A stretch of 62,190 nt of DNA, filler included, from Dugesia japonica (Eukaryota): assembly GCA_001938525.1 (NCBI GenBank). It is 5 parts of 5 records of this genome, joined end to end, with 100 filler letters (N's around TTAATTAATTAA, not from the genome) between each part and the next. Parts side by side here need not be neighbours in the genome. Positions count along the whole stretch, not along the records: positions 12,167 to 25,167 come from MQRL01590057.1; 4 more parts are not named here. One strand, given 5' to 3'. Of this stretch, positions 12,167 to 25,267 are shown in pieces (position 1 is the first letter of the stretch; each line of letters opens with the position of its first letter). The notes beneath the pieces are model-generated. The model searched no databases and was not told the origin of the DNA. It was given only the letters and a program-made list of their open reading frames with translations. The position numbers were made by a program, and so were the translations under genes.

Positions 12167-13295
12167 AACCATTAAAATTTATCATATTATTTTCAAAAAA
12201 ACCATTTAAATTAGTTATAATATAATTTAAAAGTATTCATGTTGATTAGTCTGAAATAAAATTAAAATATGTGTAATCAAATAAATGTTGTCAATCGAAT
12301 CTCATTAAATGACGAAATAGTATGTGCATCTTGATCATATACTGTCGATTACTCAATCGATGCACGTACACATTTCCTGTTATTACACATTAGAAAGTTC
12401 GTTAATTATTNAGTTTAGTAAAACAAAATTAAATTCATATATTTATATCATAAATTTTTAATAATTAATTGTCAGCCATACTTTTAGATAATTCAATAAA
12501 ACAAAATATTGTATTGTATATAATTACCACTATTAATACTAATTCTAAAATACAAACAAAAGAATTGTTCCTATGATTTCATTTTTGTTTTTTGATGTTG
12601 CCTATTCTTTCAACGCAGTGTTTCTTTTGTAATTTCTTTTATAAAAAAAANNNNNNNNNNNNNNNNNNNNNNNNNNNNNNNNNNNNNNNNNNNNNNNNNN
12701 NNNNNNNNNNNNNNNNNNNNNNNNTCTAAAGGTTATCACTGAAAAAGTAATAATCTATTTTTTAATATCATAAATATAAAAAATATAAATATTTTTTTGT
12801 TTATTTAAATCTTATAAACGAAATTTATTAAATTTATAATATTAAATAGTTTTATAAATTAATCAATGTTAGTTAATATTTGATTATATTTCAATTTTTG
12901 TTTTTCATGCATACAAATACAAAGCAAAGAAATTTTAAATTTTATATGTTTGATAATATCAATTCTATATTTCAAAAAAAAACGATAAAAATATTATTTT
13001 TTAATGATCTTTTAAATAAAAAATTTAACATATTTACTTTACATATTTCTTTTGAATAATTACAACATAGAAGTCATGATTATTTTCTAGAATTTCTACG
13101 GCTAAATCTTTAGAGAATAAATTCAAGTACAACATACAAATAAATTCCTTCAGAAAATTCAAAAGAATTTCAAAATAAAACTTCGACATCAAAATTGTCA
13201 TTTAGATTTGAAAACGAAATAATAGAAGTTCACAATTAAATAGTAAATGAAAATAACTTAGATTATTTCAATTACTGGATTATCAAAAGAGTTTA

Positions 13296-14229
13296 ATAAG
13301 TTGACCGGTTAATCATATAGATTTGAAATCAAGGTAAACACGATAAATTCAAANNNNNNNNNNNNNNNNNNNNNNNNNNNNNNNNNNNNNNNNNNNNNNN
13401 NNNNNNNNNNNNNNNNNNNNNNNNNNNNNNNNNNNNNNNNNNNNNNNNNNNNNNNNNNNNNNNNNNNNNNNNNNNNNNNNNNNNNNNNNNNNNNNNNNNN
13501 NNNNNTAACTGCGCCACCAATTCGTATAAATAGTAATTTGATGGAGCAAAGTCAGGTGAGTACAACAGGTTGGTTAATACTTTCCGGCCAAGAACCTTTA
13601 ACGTTAGTATTGACGTTTCATTTGTAGAAATCTATGAATTTTTGCGTTTCAGAAAAAATATCAACTTTTCTTCTCCTGTTACGATTCGATGCAAAAATAA
13701 CATTTTTGGTGCCGTTGAAACCGCAGTTTACTGATAACTACTGGGTTTTCCTTTTTTCATTTTTCTTGGTGTAAAAAATTTCCTATTGTGTGTAAACGAT
13801 TGAAAACGGTTTCTCGAGCGACCTTTATTATTTTTGCCAGTTGTTTTTGGTTTGACATACATTTTCATTCAATAGTGCTTATAATTGTTGATCTTGAAAC
13901 TTTTTAATTGACTCGAACGTTCTCTGTCTGTTACTTGAAAATCATAATTTTAAAGCGTTTACAAATATCTTGTGATGGAGCATGTTGCCCATGGGCTTTC
14001 CAAATAATTTGGTATCTATCATCAGCACTTTTCTTCAAAATAAAATGAGTTTTGACATTGATAACTCTAAAATCTTTTATATTAATAACAGCACTTGAGA
14101 TAATTTGAGATATACTAGTATTAATAATAATCAATAAAAGAAAATAGTATACAAATCAAACCTAATATATTAGCATTTATGTAACTACATCAATTGTAGA
14201 AAATACGCATGATTAACCGATACACCTAG
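13296..14229 (-). mobile_element. mariner relic
   Basis: YSPDFAPSNYYL motif and HRIVTGEEK. TA-flanked imperfect TIRs share CGGTTAATCAT. Confidence 0.8.
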
Positions 14230-14416
14230 TAAAAGAATGATTGCAATAACATATATTTAAGGTTATAATAGCAAGCTAAGTAAGACAAGCATAAAAAAAT
14301 AATTAATAAATTTTAAAAGGGTATCAGAATCTTTTTGGGTTTAGCCAGTTACTGTTAATGTCAGACTTAAAACTTGAATTCAGCATTTTTATTCTATTCT
14401 TCAATAAATCTATTAC

Positions 14417-14417
<1 letters not shown>

Positions 14418-14481
<64 letters not shown>

Positions 14482-14625
14482 NNNNNNNNNNNNNNNNNNN
14501 NNNNNNNNNNNNNNNNNNNNNNNNNNNNNNNNNNNNNNNNNNNNNNNNNNNNNNNNNNNNNNNNNNNNNNNNNNNNNNNNNNNNNNNNNNNNNNNNNNNN
14601 NNNNNNTATTATTATTATTATTATT
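14418..14625. repeat. (TAA)n/(TTA)n microsatellite spanning a gap
   Basis: TAA run, then an N gap, then a TTA run. Confidence 0.9.
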
Positions 14626-15079
14626 GTATTATTATTATGTGATTTGTTTTGCAAAAATATAAATAAAAAAAATATTATTTGACTATTACAAATAATAATT
14701 AATAAAGAAAAAAATATTTATATTCAATTATATGTTTCATTCAAGCTAGAAAACATTCTTATTATAAGAAAAAGTATAGTCAGACTATTCGTTTAAACTT
14801 CAGTCATTGTCAAAAAAATCTTTCATTTTACCATACAAATTCAATTATTAATATAAATAAATCTCATCAAAGCATGAAAGAACTTGTTATACGAACATCG
14901 ACCTATAGAAAGGAAAGCACACCAGAATTAATTCATTTGATGAGTGTTGTAGACATTTTTTCATCTATATCGACACAGCAGGTCTTTTGGTTTATTTTCA
15001 TTACATAATTAAAAATCAATATTAGCCTATCATGAGGTGGTGATGAATTAATTATCTAAGTAATTATATACTCCATTAC

Positions 15080-15253
15080 CCATCGTATGTCCACGGGCCA
15101 AATTTCAGTTTGCAACATTGCCGATCGAATGGGAAATATTTTATTCGCACTGGACATGTGGATTTGAAAATAGCCATCGGGTGCCATTCAACTGTACCGT
15201 CGAATCTGATAATAGCATCACATTCTCGTCTTTCTTCCATTCTTTCGTCCGCA
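15080..15253 (-). CDS. Internal exon of a nicotinic acetylcholine receptor-family (Cys-loop) subunit
   Basis: ADERMEERRECDAIIRFDGTVEWHPMAIFKSTCPVRIKYFPFDRQCCKLKFGPWTYDG contains C-x13-C with FPFD and the loop-B WTYDG. Acceptor ...CCCTGCAG| and donor |GTAATG on the minus strand. Confidence 0.92.
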
Positions 15254-15749
15254 CTGCAGGGAATCAAAAGTTTTAAATTACTTTTACTGTAATTTATTAA
15301 TAGAAAAAAANNNNNNNNNNNNNNNNNNNNNNNNNNNNNNNNNNNNNNNNNNNNNNNNNNNNNNTTTTCTATTAATTTATATTTTTTCATAAATTATTTA
15401 AATTTTATATTATTTAAAAATTTATATAAAAGTAAAATTATGAAAAATATTTAATGTTAAAAGTAAAAATAAATTTTTTTTAATCATTAAAAAGTTCTTG
15501 AAGATTAGTTTACCGATTAAATGCAATTTGGTTTATTGTAATGAGGTCAACATTGGGTCGTAGATTTTGATTTTAAATGAATATAAATAAATATTAATAA
15601 TTCAACATTTTATAAATAATATTAAACAGGCTTTAAAAAATTTTAGAAAAATACTAAAATATAAAAATAAAAAAAGATAAAATTACAATTTCATTTTATC
15701 TACCGGTGCTAAATCTACAAATCTTCTGGCAAAGTCAAATATGAAATCA

Positions 15750-16200
15750 ATTNATCTCGAACAATTTACAATTTTCTAAAACAAGTGCAGCATGCTTCAA
15801 TGTTATCTTTAAACCACACAAAGTATTATGCATGCGTATATTTTTTTCTGTTAATTTTTCTTTAATTCCTTTTTATGTTACTTCAGAATGGTTTTCAACA
15901 ATTTTNNNNNNNNNNNNNNNNNNNNNNNNNNNNNNNNNNNNNNNNNNNNNNNNNNTCGATAAATTTCTTGATTTCATTGTTTATTTTTTTTCGATGAGTT
16001 TCTATCCTCTTCTATATTATAATCCCTTTTTTTCGCAACTATATTTTATACACAGTTCCTCTGCTGCCTGTTTTATAGATTTACCATTTGCAACAAAATT
16101 TTATAGGTTTACTTTATTTGATTTTTCAACGTTTTTGTAGAGTTCACCACTTTGCCTTATTGGATTGATGCTATCGTCATTATGAGAATTCATATTGGCA
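15750..16200 (-). mobile_element. Possible Tc1/IS630-like HTH transposase fragment
   Basis: Broken minus-strand translation ANGKSIKQAAEELCIKYS..NSSKKINNEIKKFI..IVENHSEVT*KGIKEKL resembles a paired HTH region. Confidence 0.35.
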
Positions 16201-17599
16201 TTGAAAAAAAATTCAGAATGTAAATACAAATGTGTAAATTAAAACAATTTAAAAATGTTTAATATTTATAAAAAAAATGTTTAAAATATTTTATAAATAT
16301 GTTGAAATAATGAACTAAATGAAATGGTAATTTGATTTTAGATTGCCATTTTTTTTTGAAATGCATATTTATTTTTAATATAATAAAAAAATAAAATAAT
16401 AAAATAAAATATACATAAAATTAGAAATAAATATTATTTTGAATATAAATGGTCGGAAAAAGATATTAATTTATAAATTATGATTAAATCAAAATATTAA
16501 TTATTACTATTTCAGGTAAATTAATTACAATTATACATTTGTAATTATTGATAAATTAAAATCATAAAAAGTCAATTCCAGAAGAATGCAAAGTCGAAAT
16601 ATTGAAATGTTATCAAATACCAAAAAAAAACAAAATTTTGATCGAATCTTTTATTTTAAATGTATTCTGAAAAACGATCAATGGTTATGTCCAACAAATA
16701 TTCTCGCTATAATTGCAATTGTAAAAAATCCTTTCCTCAAAAAAATGAAATATTATTTTTACAAATGTTGTAATGTTATACGAAATTATTTTTATTTTAA
16801 GTTTTAAATGAAAAATCATTTTTTCATCAATCAGAAATCAAAAAAATTTTCAATAACTTATACAAATAATTAACGTTAAATATTTGGTAAATTTAAGTTA
16901 ATCGAAACGTTATGTGATATAAATTTTGTTTTAAACTGTGTTTTAATATATTTTTTTATATTTATTTAATAAACAAACATTTAAATTGGATAAATAATTA
17001 TGAGGAATAATTAAGAAAGAATTAAAATTTATATTTAAGCACATATTTTGTTTTTAAATTTAATTAGAAATGCTGTCTTTTTAATTGAAAATATCGTGAT
17101 GTATTTTAAGTAGATATTTTAGAATAATTAGTTTGAATTATTTGAAAATGAAATGTTTTAAAAGTGATATGAGAAAATAGAAATTTAAACTGTTTCCTCA
17201 ATTAAAAGAAAAGATTACCNNNNNNNNNNNNNNNNNNNNNNNNNNNNNNNNNNNNNNTAAAAGAAGGATTTGAGAAAAATATATAAATAAAAATAAAAAT
17301 TAAAAAATTAAAATAAAATTCTCAATACTAACCTTAAAACAATAAAATTGTTATTGAATTTAACATTGTTTCTCTTTGATTATTTGTGAACCTCCTAAAA
17401 TGCGTGGCATTTCGTTAAATAGAAATTACTATGGTCAACTAAAATGAGATTTCAATTTTAAGTGATCGTTTAGACCAGCAATTCCCAATCTTTTTTTAAT
17501 CTAAGTCCCATTTAAGTATCTTTAAAATTAAAATTGCTCCCGTAATGTTTTGTATTGTTTTTATTGGGTTACAAGATAAAACTTTGTCAGCAAAAAAAT

Positions 17600-17990
17600 T
17601 AAATATAATTCATGGTAGAAATGCTGTCTGTATAAGAATGATCCGAAATGGTTCAAAATAATAATTGTTTAAATAATAGTTATTAATAATTTTAAATGAT
17701 GGACAAAGCAGTATCTTTGATAAACCACGTTTAGAACCTTGTGCTTAGTTTGATAACGACGCGTCTAAGTCTCTTGTAAATGCTGAGCTGGATCTTACGG
17801 TGGATGATATTGTAGACAGAATTAATTCGTCTCGTAGCACCATGTAATGAAAATAAAAAATAGGCGAAGTATCCAAGTTTCAAAGGTAAATGCCACATAA
17901 GTGATTGGCAGTTACCTTCAGCAATGAATAAGCATTTATTCCATCTAAGTGATTCCTTGATAAATAATGTGATTCGAGATCAAACATTGT
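17600..17990 (+). mobile_element. mariner N-terminal fragment
   Basis: DKPRLEPCA*FDNDASKSLVNAELDLTVDDIVDRINSSRST..PHK resembles the mariner HTH-linker region. Confidence 0.55.
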
Positions 17991-17999
17991 CTTGCAATA

Positions 18000-18800
18000 A
18001 ATTAAGTGGCATCAATTGTTATTTATAACGATCAGCGTCGATTGTTTTACAAGGTCTCAATATATATGAGATGCATAATAAAGTTTTCTTTATATAAACA
18101 TAGCGCTTTGCAATTGAAGTTGCTGGTTAATCTGAATAAACCCGCAATTATTTTGCAATTTTGGTTATCAACATAAATCTATTTTTGTCGCCTGTAACTA
18201 TGCGATGCTGTCGTTCTAATAAAATTTTACAAATTGATTTCCATTTTTCCATCATCCTTTCAGTCAGTCCATGTGGAATCCATTTTCTTTCGATTTGTGT
18301 CTTCCCCATATTGTGAAATAACATCTTGAGAAACATGTAACTGTTTAGCTAGTTCTTGCTGTATTTGCTTATTATCTCCAGCTAATATGGCTTTCATTTC
18401 CGCATCTTAAATTTCTTTTGGTTTACCTGAGCATTCTTTATCTTTTATATCAAAATCGTCATTTCTTAATAATTTAAAACACTATTTACATGTGTCTTGG
18501 GATTTACCAAGGCCACCATATACTTCCGAAAATTGACGATAGCTTTCTACTGAAGTGTCCTTTAGGTTGAATAACAACATCAATGAATACCGCAAATGTT
18601 ATTTTGTTGGCTCATATCTTGATATCTTCAATGGCAAATAATATGAAATTTTCACTGCTACAATTTATTGCAATTTCAATTTATTGCATGCTAGATTCAG
18701 GGACCCTATTCATCTTTCAGTACTAGTAAGTAGATAAAAGACCACTGGGTCACCTACGCTCCAGGTAGAAATTATTTTGCATCAACTAATCGGATTACAT
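18000..18800 (-). mobile_element. mariner fragment
   Basis: KWIPHGLTERMMEKWKSICKILLERQHRIVTGDK contains the WVPHEL and RIVTGDEK motifs. Boundaries are approximate. Confidence 0.8.
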
Positions 18801-19320
18801 TAAGTCCATTACGTAATAGATATAAAGTGCTGTACAAATTTATATAGTTTCTTATAAATTCGATCAATTTTCCCATTAAATTAACTCATTTTTACGAAAT
18901 TTCGTTTTTATAATTTTTTAATAAAATTAACAGAAATTTAATTTTTAATTTAAATTAAAAGATTTTTATGAAATTTCTATTTAAATTAGGCAAAATTTAT
19001 GATGTTATCATATTACCCACCACTTGACGCGGAATTTAACACTGATCAATACTATCATAAATAATCATCAATAAATAAATAGGGAAAACATTAAAATGAA
19101 CAAGTGTAGTTAAGTAAATTTCATTTGAGCAATAACGCTTCCCGAGCAATGTTAACATTAATATTCAGTTGTCTCCCAGGAAATATTAACATTAATATTA
19201 AAATGTTCTAGAATAATAAAAACATATACATAAGCAAATTNCAAAAAATAAAATAGCATAAATAATACTATACTGTGCTGTGTAATGTACTTTACTTTAT
19301 ATGTATGGATTGTAACTTTA

Positions 19321-19522
19321 CTGTAATGAGTTTTAATTTTTTATATAGTGGTTTACAATTTTATAAATAACTTTTAATGTGTTAAGATATATGTTAGATT
19401 GAAATGTCTATCATTATTGATTATAATTTTACTGTGTTGGCTTATAGATTTAGTATGATAGTTTATTTATACTTATGAAATCTGTCTATATTTGTACAAA
19501 GTTTACATATTGTTTAGTGTAT
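19321..19522 (+). repeat. T-rich repeat, inverted partner of 23061-23280
   Basis: Shares TATAGTGGTTTACAA, ATTTTACTGTGTT and GTACAAA.TTTACATATTGTTTAGTGTAT with the reverse complement of 23061-23280. Confidence 0.75.
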
Positions 19523-19899
19523 GTCTTTTGAAATTTGTAAGTAAATTAATGGAATTGATAAAGTATTTAATGGAATTATTGTATAAATTATTGTACTAAA
19601 AAACATATATATATTGATAATGATATAAGTCTTAATGAAAATTGTGTATGACTATTACATGTGTTTTAATCAAATGATTGTATTGGTTTATTCAGTGTAT
19701 TTGTTTTATTATATGTAATGGCTTATTATTTTTATTTTGTGCATGGTTTGGTTTGTTTTTTGTACAAAGGAATAATTTCAACCAATAGAAATTAAGGTAA
19801 ATTAGTTTTATTAATGATTGATCCTTATTTGTAATTGTTATATTACAAGCATTATAGTTTTAATTTGAAATAAAAACTATGTGTGAAATTAATTTTTGT

Positions 19900-22190
19900 G
19901 ATTAGAAAAATCAATTATCTTTAAGGGATTTATCTAAAAAGTTGGCAGAGGCAAATTCCGATTCAATTACATATAGGTTATTACTAAATATGTTCTGCAG
20001 ACAAGATGATATTGAAAACTTTATAAAGCGTTGTAAATTGTATTCTGAGGCTAAAATTATTACAGAGATGAAACAACAAAAGAAATTNNTTTCAGGTTTG
20101 TTAGATGTAGATTTGTTGAAGGAATATCTGAGGACGTTCAAAAGGTTGAAAGTTTTCAAGCTAGCTTATGTTTGGCATTTGATAAAGTAAAAAATGTTAT
20201 CAAAGACTTTTCAAATTTGATTAACTGTAGGCGTAAAAATAAAGAGATTCAAGTTTATTTTAAGAACATAAAAGATTGAGGGAAAAGATTATTTACAAAT
20301 AAAGATTTTACTGAGGAAAATAAGTAGCAAAATTGCTAGTATATTGTTCAGATAGCAAAAATGTTGAAGAAAAAGTGACAAAATATAGAAGAAATTGAAG
20401 AAACAATGACTGTAGTAGATCAAGTAGAGAAAATGAGAGATCAAGTTGAGGCAGTTAGAAGTTACGCTAAAACTACAAGTCAAAATTATCAGAAACCTGT
20501 AAATCATGCACTGAGTAGGATTGTAGGTCAAAGTAAAGAAAAATGAAATATTAAATGTTGGTTATGCCATAAAATCAGCCATATTAAAACAAATTGTTCG
20601 ACAAACAAATTAGTAGTGTTAGATTTGTCATAAAAAGGACATATAAAGTGATTATGCTCAAATAAAAAACCACCAAAATGTTTTGGTTGTGGAAAGGTGA
20701 GCAATATTAAACGATTATGTCAAAAGATGAGATATAAACCAGGCCTGACCAAATTAAATAGCTTCACGGGGCATTTTCTTTTGTAACATTATAACGGACC
20801 AAACTTTAAATAAAACGATTTTTAAAAATTTAATAAGTAATAAAAATCCAAAATCAAAGACATTTTTTATTATTTTTTAAAGAAAAAATTATTTCAATAT
20901 ATATATTTTTTAATTTACTTACATTAGAAAAATATATTAATATGAAATGTTTTATAATTAATTGAAGGTAAATAAGTTACCTCAGTGAGCAGACAGTATG
21001 CCAAAACAAATCTAATAAATTAAAACATAGCTAAAATGAATTAAGTAAAATATCTGATGCTTTTTCACTATTTGCGCTCAGAATCAGCTCGCAATAAGAT
21101 ATCACATTAAAATCATCAATTAAAATTTGCGCATTGTATCAAAAAAACACATCAATTTTCATTCATTAAAATATTTTTGCAAAAGAAATTATAAGTTTCA
21201 GAAAATAATTACTGTGGCCAGATAATACTTGTACGGTAAAAGATTTACTCTTTGGACGGATAATAAAGTTCCAACTTTCATGATGACAACGAAGAAACCA
21301 ATTACGTCACAATTCAGGGCATGGGTTAATTATCTGAGTAGCCTAGACATGGTAATAAAATATAAAAAAATAATAGTACATAGTAATGTAAATATGTCAC
21401 CCTAGACCAAGATGCGAGGTATGTGTACAATGATAAATGCCACACAAAAATGCCAAGAAAGGCAAAATTAAAAAAATCGTTCTGAACACGATAGAAAAAG
21501 AAAAAGATTTAGTCAAGTAAATAAAAATTCCGGATGACAAAATACATAAACAAATTGAAGAAATACACAAATTATTAGGTCATGCAGAAGTTTAAAAGGT
21601 GTACGAATATATGAGAGACAAGTACATTGTAAAGAATTTGTGGAGTCAAATACAAAATATAGTTAAGAGTTGTGAAATTTGCCAGAAGACCAAAGTTGCT
21701 ATGACATTAGCTAAAAAAAAGACAAAAATATTAGAATCTATCAATTTGTTTGAAGTCATATTCACAGATATATGTGAGCCAATGTAGAAAACAAGTGGAA
21801 GAAAGAAATACATACTTAAAATAATAGTAAATATCTAACTCTTAAAGTATTGCTTAGACAAGACGAGGAAATTATACAAAAAGCCATTTTTGAGAAGTGG
21901 ATATTGAGATTTGAATGCCCAAAAAAGATAAGACTAGATTGTGGAAAAGCCTATGAATTCATAATTATGAGAGATTGCACACATAAGCTAGACATTAAAC
22001 TTTGCTTTTTAAGTCGCTCTCATAACAATGCAAACGGACAAATTGAGAGACAGTTCGGGATAATTCAAAATTTAAATAATTCCAAAATTCAGGTAAGAAA
22101 GAAAACAGATTTGGCAAACATTTTACTAGAAATTGGATTGATACTGAACGCAACAAAACAAAAGAAGACTAAAAGTCTCCTTAAAATCTT
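19900..22190 (+). mobile_element. Ty3/gypsy retrotransposon relic (gag zinc knuckles, RNase H, integrase)
   Basis: Knuckles CWLCHKISHIKTNC and CFGCGKVSNIKRLC; YLYGKRFTLWTDNK (RNase H); HKLLGH...CEICQKTK (HHCC); FECPKKIRLDCGKAY and NANGQIERQF (rve). Interrupted from about 20740 by an insert beginning CAGGCCTGACCAAA (hAT-like end). Confidence 0.85.
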
Positions 22191-22625
22191 GAAACCCATA
22201 GAAAACCATAAAACGTGATAAAACTCTCTGTTACCTTATAAAACCTCAAAACTCAATGAAATCCTTATAAAACCTTATAAGTCCATAGAAAATTCATTAT
22301 GATCAAATTAGACTACATAGAGCTCAATAGAAACTCCATGACATCCAATAGATAATTTATAGAAAACCTACAAAACCATATTAGAAACTTATAAAATATT
22401 GTGTTTTACAAAGTTTTATAGGGCTTTATTTGTTTGATATAGGGCATTATAAAGCTTTATAGTATTTCTATAAGGATTCTTAAAGATTTATAGTATTATC
22501 ACAGGGTTTCATTCGGTTGTATTTGGTTTAATAGCGTATCTATGGGATCTTTAAAGGGTTTTATTAGATTTTTCAGAATTTATATTTTATCTATAGCGTA
22601 TCATAACGTTTTATAGGGTTTTACA
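22190..22625. repeat. Foldback-like imperfect palindrome built of ~10-bp units
   Basis: Left arm has AAACCyTATA-like units and right arm has TATAGGGTTT-like units, with the centre near 22400. Confidence 0.7.
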
Positions 22626-23060
22626 TTCAATTAAATTTAATAAACNNNNNNNNNNNNNNNNNNNNNNNNNNNNNNNNNNNNNNNNNNNNNNNNNNNNNNN
22701 NNNNNNNNNNNNNATAAAACAAATACATATAAACCTAATAAACTCAATACAATAATTTTATTAAAACACTTATAAATGTTAATAAATATTAATATGTTAA
22801 TATAAATGTATATAAATGTATATTAAAATATATTAATGTTAATATAAACCTTCATTTTTCTACATAAACCAATTATTGATAAATATAAATATTAAAAAAT
22901 AATTAATATGTAAAAAATTTAATTAGTNNNNNNNNNNNNNNNNNNNNNNNNNNNNNNNNNNNNNNNNNNNNNNNNNNNNNNNNNNNNNNNNNNNNNNNNN
23001 NNNNNNNNNNNNNNNNNNNNNNNNNNNNNNNNNNNNNNNNNNNNNNAAATTTCAATAAAT

Positions 23061-23280
23061 ATACACTAAACAATATGTAAATTTTGTACACATATAGACA
23101 TTTTTAATATGTTTAAGTGAACTATTATACTAAAACTATACACTAACACAGTAAAATTGTAATTCATAATGATGGAAATTTCCACCCAATATATAACAAT
23201 TGTATCATAAAACATTTAAAGTCTAAGCCAGCATATAAACTTGTAAACCACTATATGAAAATTGAAACTCATCACAAAAA
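23061..23280 (-). repeat. A-rich repeat, inverted partner of 19321-19522
   Basis: See the partner feature. Similar sequence continues to about 23430. Confidence 0.75.
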
Positions 23281-24201
23281 AATTACATTTCATTACATAT
23301 TCTAAGCCATCACATAAAAACTAATAGATAACATGTAAAAATTCAAAACCATAAAATTATAATTATAATTATAATTCTCCATCACACTAAAATTTTATTT
23401 TATCACCCAAAATTCTAAGCCAACACATATTTTTTAGTTTTGTTTAGAAATTTCATTTCTCTTTCCTCTCGTAAAATTTCAATTTTCACCCAGACCTCAA
23501 GTGCTACATTGCAAGTTATGTTCATATTATCAAAATCTTCAAAATTGTTAACTCATGAATTAGTATTTGCTTTGATTTTTTAAAATTCTTTAGAAATAAC
23601 TCTTATAATGTTGATTTTGATATTTCTTCCACAATATTTTAAAAGTGTTTTTAGTCATGTTATTATTCCTTGATCTTAAAACAAGACACATTTGTAATAG
23701 CATTCCCCTATTTGTCATTATATATATTTCTTTCCAATAAACTAAAAATATTTTAATATATTTGGTTTGAGTTGGTTCCCTTTAAAATTCTTTTCAAATA
23801 ATTTTGTCTTAAATAAATCTTCGATCATTTCAAATCTTTTAATTACGGTTCTTGTGTTTCTCTTTCTAAATTATTTTTTTAATTTTGAATGTGTATTTTC
23901 AATGAATTATTTTGTTTGAAAGTTGTCTAAATTTGATTTCCTTAAAAGCTGTATTCATCTGTGAAAGATACTTTTCCATAAGAGTTTTATCAAAAATTTC
24001 TCTAATAGATTTATTAGGTAACAATGCTCCTTTGATCATTAATCATATCAATTTAACAAAGGTCTCAAATTTCTAAAGATATTTTTCCTAGTCATTTTGA
24101 GTTTNATAAATAACTTTTTGAGGAAAAATTTATAAAAATTAAAGGTCAAAAAATAATGTAAATACAGACAAAAATAGTATTATTAAAAGTTATATGTATA
24201 T

Positions 24202-24615
24202 CAGTGGTGAGCAAACTTCTTTAAGCCGCGACACACCAATTGATTATTTTGCAATTTAAAGCATTGATAAAAAAAATTTACCGTATTTCCCGCAAGATAT
24301 CACGCACCAGCAAATAATGGAAACGTTCGCTTTTAAATACAATTTTTTACTATGTTTATAACGCGCACAGTCACATTTGCTCGATTTTAATATTTTAGTA
24401 TAAATAACGTGCGTGGTATCTAGCGGCAAATATGGTATTTAAATTCATTTTGAAAAAGGTCTGAAAACCTACGAAATGAAGAAAGTTCAAAATTAAAATG
24501 TTATTATTCTTAATGTAAGAATAGCAATCAATACGATGTATGGACTTAATGTTGTGAATATTCTATTTTTAATTTTAAAATTTTTCGCTACACACAATTT
24601 GTCCCAATCCCACTG
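24202..24615. mobile_element. hAT-type MITE containing a nested MITE
   Basis: CAGTGG...CCACTG termini with subterminal GCGACACAC / GCTACACAC motifs. Confidence 0.6.
24281..24435. mobile_element. 155-bp Tc1/pogo-type MITE
   Basis: 27-bp TIRs CCGTATTTCCCGCAAGATATCACGCAC and CCATATTTGCCGCTAGATACCACGCAC, with TA on both flanks. Confidence 0.85.
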
Positions 24616-25101
24616 TATTATATAATAATTTTATATTTATAAAATATTTGTTAATTGGAATTTGAAAAATACAATCAATTAAAAAAGACATCAATTTCGA
24701 ACACGCACCCAAATAAAATCAAACATATTCAAACAATATATTACAAAAATATTAACCTTCATTTTTCTACATAAACCAATTATTGATATTTCGTAGTCAA
24801 TTGGAAATTAAATTTAATTTGTTTCACTTTTTAAATACTTCCAATTTAAACAAATTTGCAATTAAATCGACTTCTAATACATATTTTTAAAATTCAATTT
24901 TTTATAACAATGGTTTCAAATTAATAAACTTAATTTGTTAATTTAAAACTACAAAGATTAAATAACAGTCTGGTAATTAATTTGCTATGATTTCAATTAT
25001 GTCTTAATAAATTTTTCATTGTTTGATTTGGAATATTTTAATTAAATTATATGTATTTTAAATTTGTATGAAATTTTTAAAAACTGTTTCATTTTTAAAT
25101 T

Positions 25102-25103
<2 letters not shown>

Positions 25104-25167
<64 letters not shown>
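25104..25167. repeat. (TAA)n microsatellite at contig end
   Basis: Perfect TAA run before the linker. Confidence 0.9.
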
Positions 25168-25267
25168 NNNNNNNNNNNNNNNNNNNNNNNNNNNNNNNNN
25201 NNNNNNNNNNNTTAATTAATTAANNNNNNNNNNNNNNNNNNNNNNNNNNNNNNNNNNNNNNNNNNNN
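25168..25267. other. Artificial contig linker
   Basis: N44-TTAATTAATTAA-N44. Confidence 0.95.

Noticed and set aside
14374-14682. Poly-N/L/I/Y ORFs (also 32908-33284 and 37547-37729) and X-filled ORFs
   Set aside because: They are translations of TAA/TTA microsatellites or N gaps.
14880-15030. Possible next nAChR exon downstream of the Cys-loop exon
   Set aside because: The best acceptor (TTTCTATAG) gives an early stop in the required phase, and there is no loop-C or TM1 motif.
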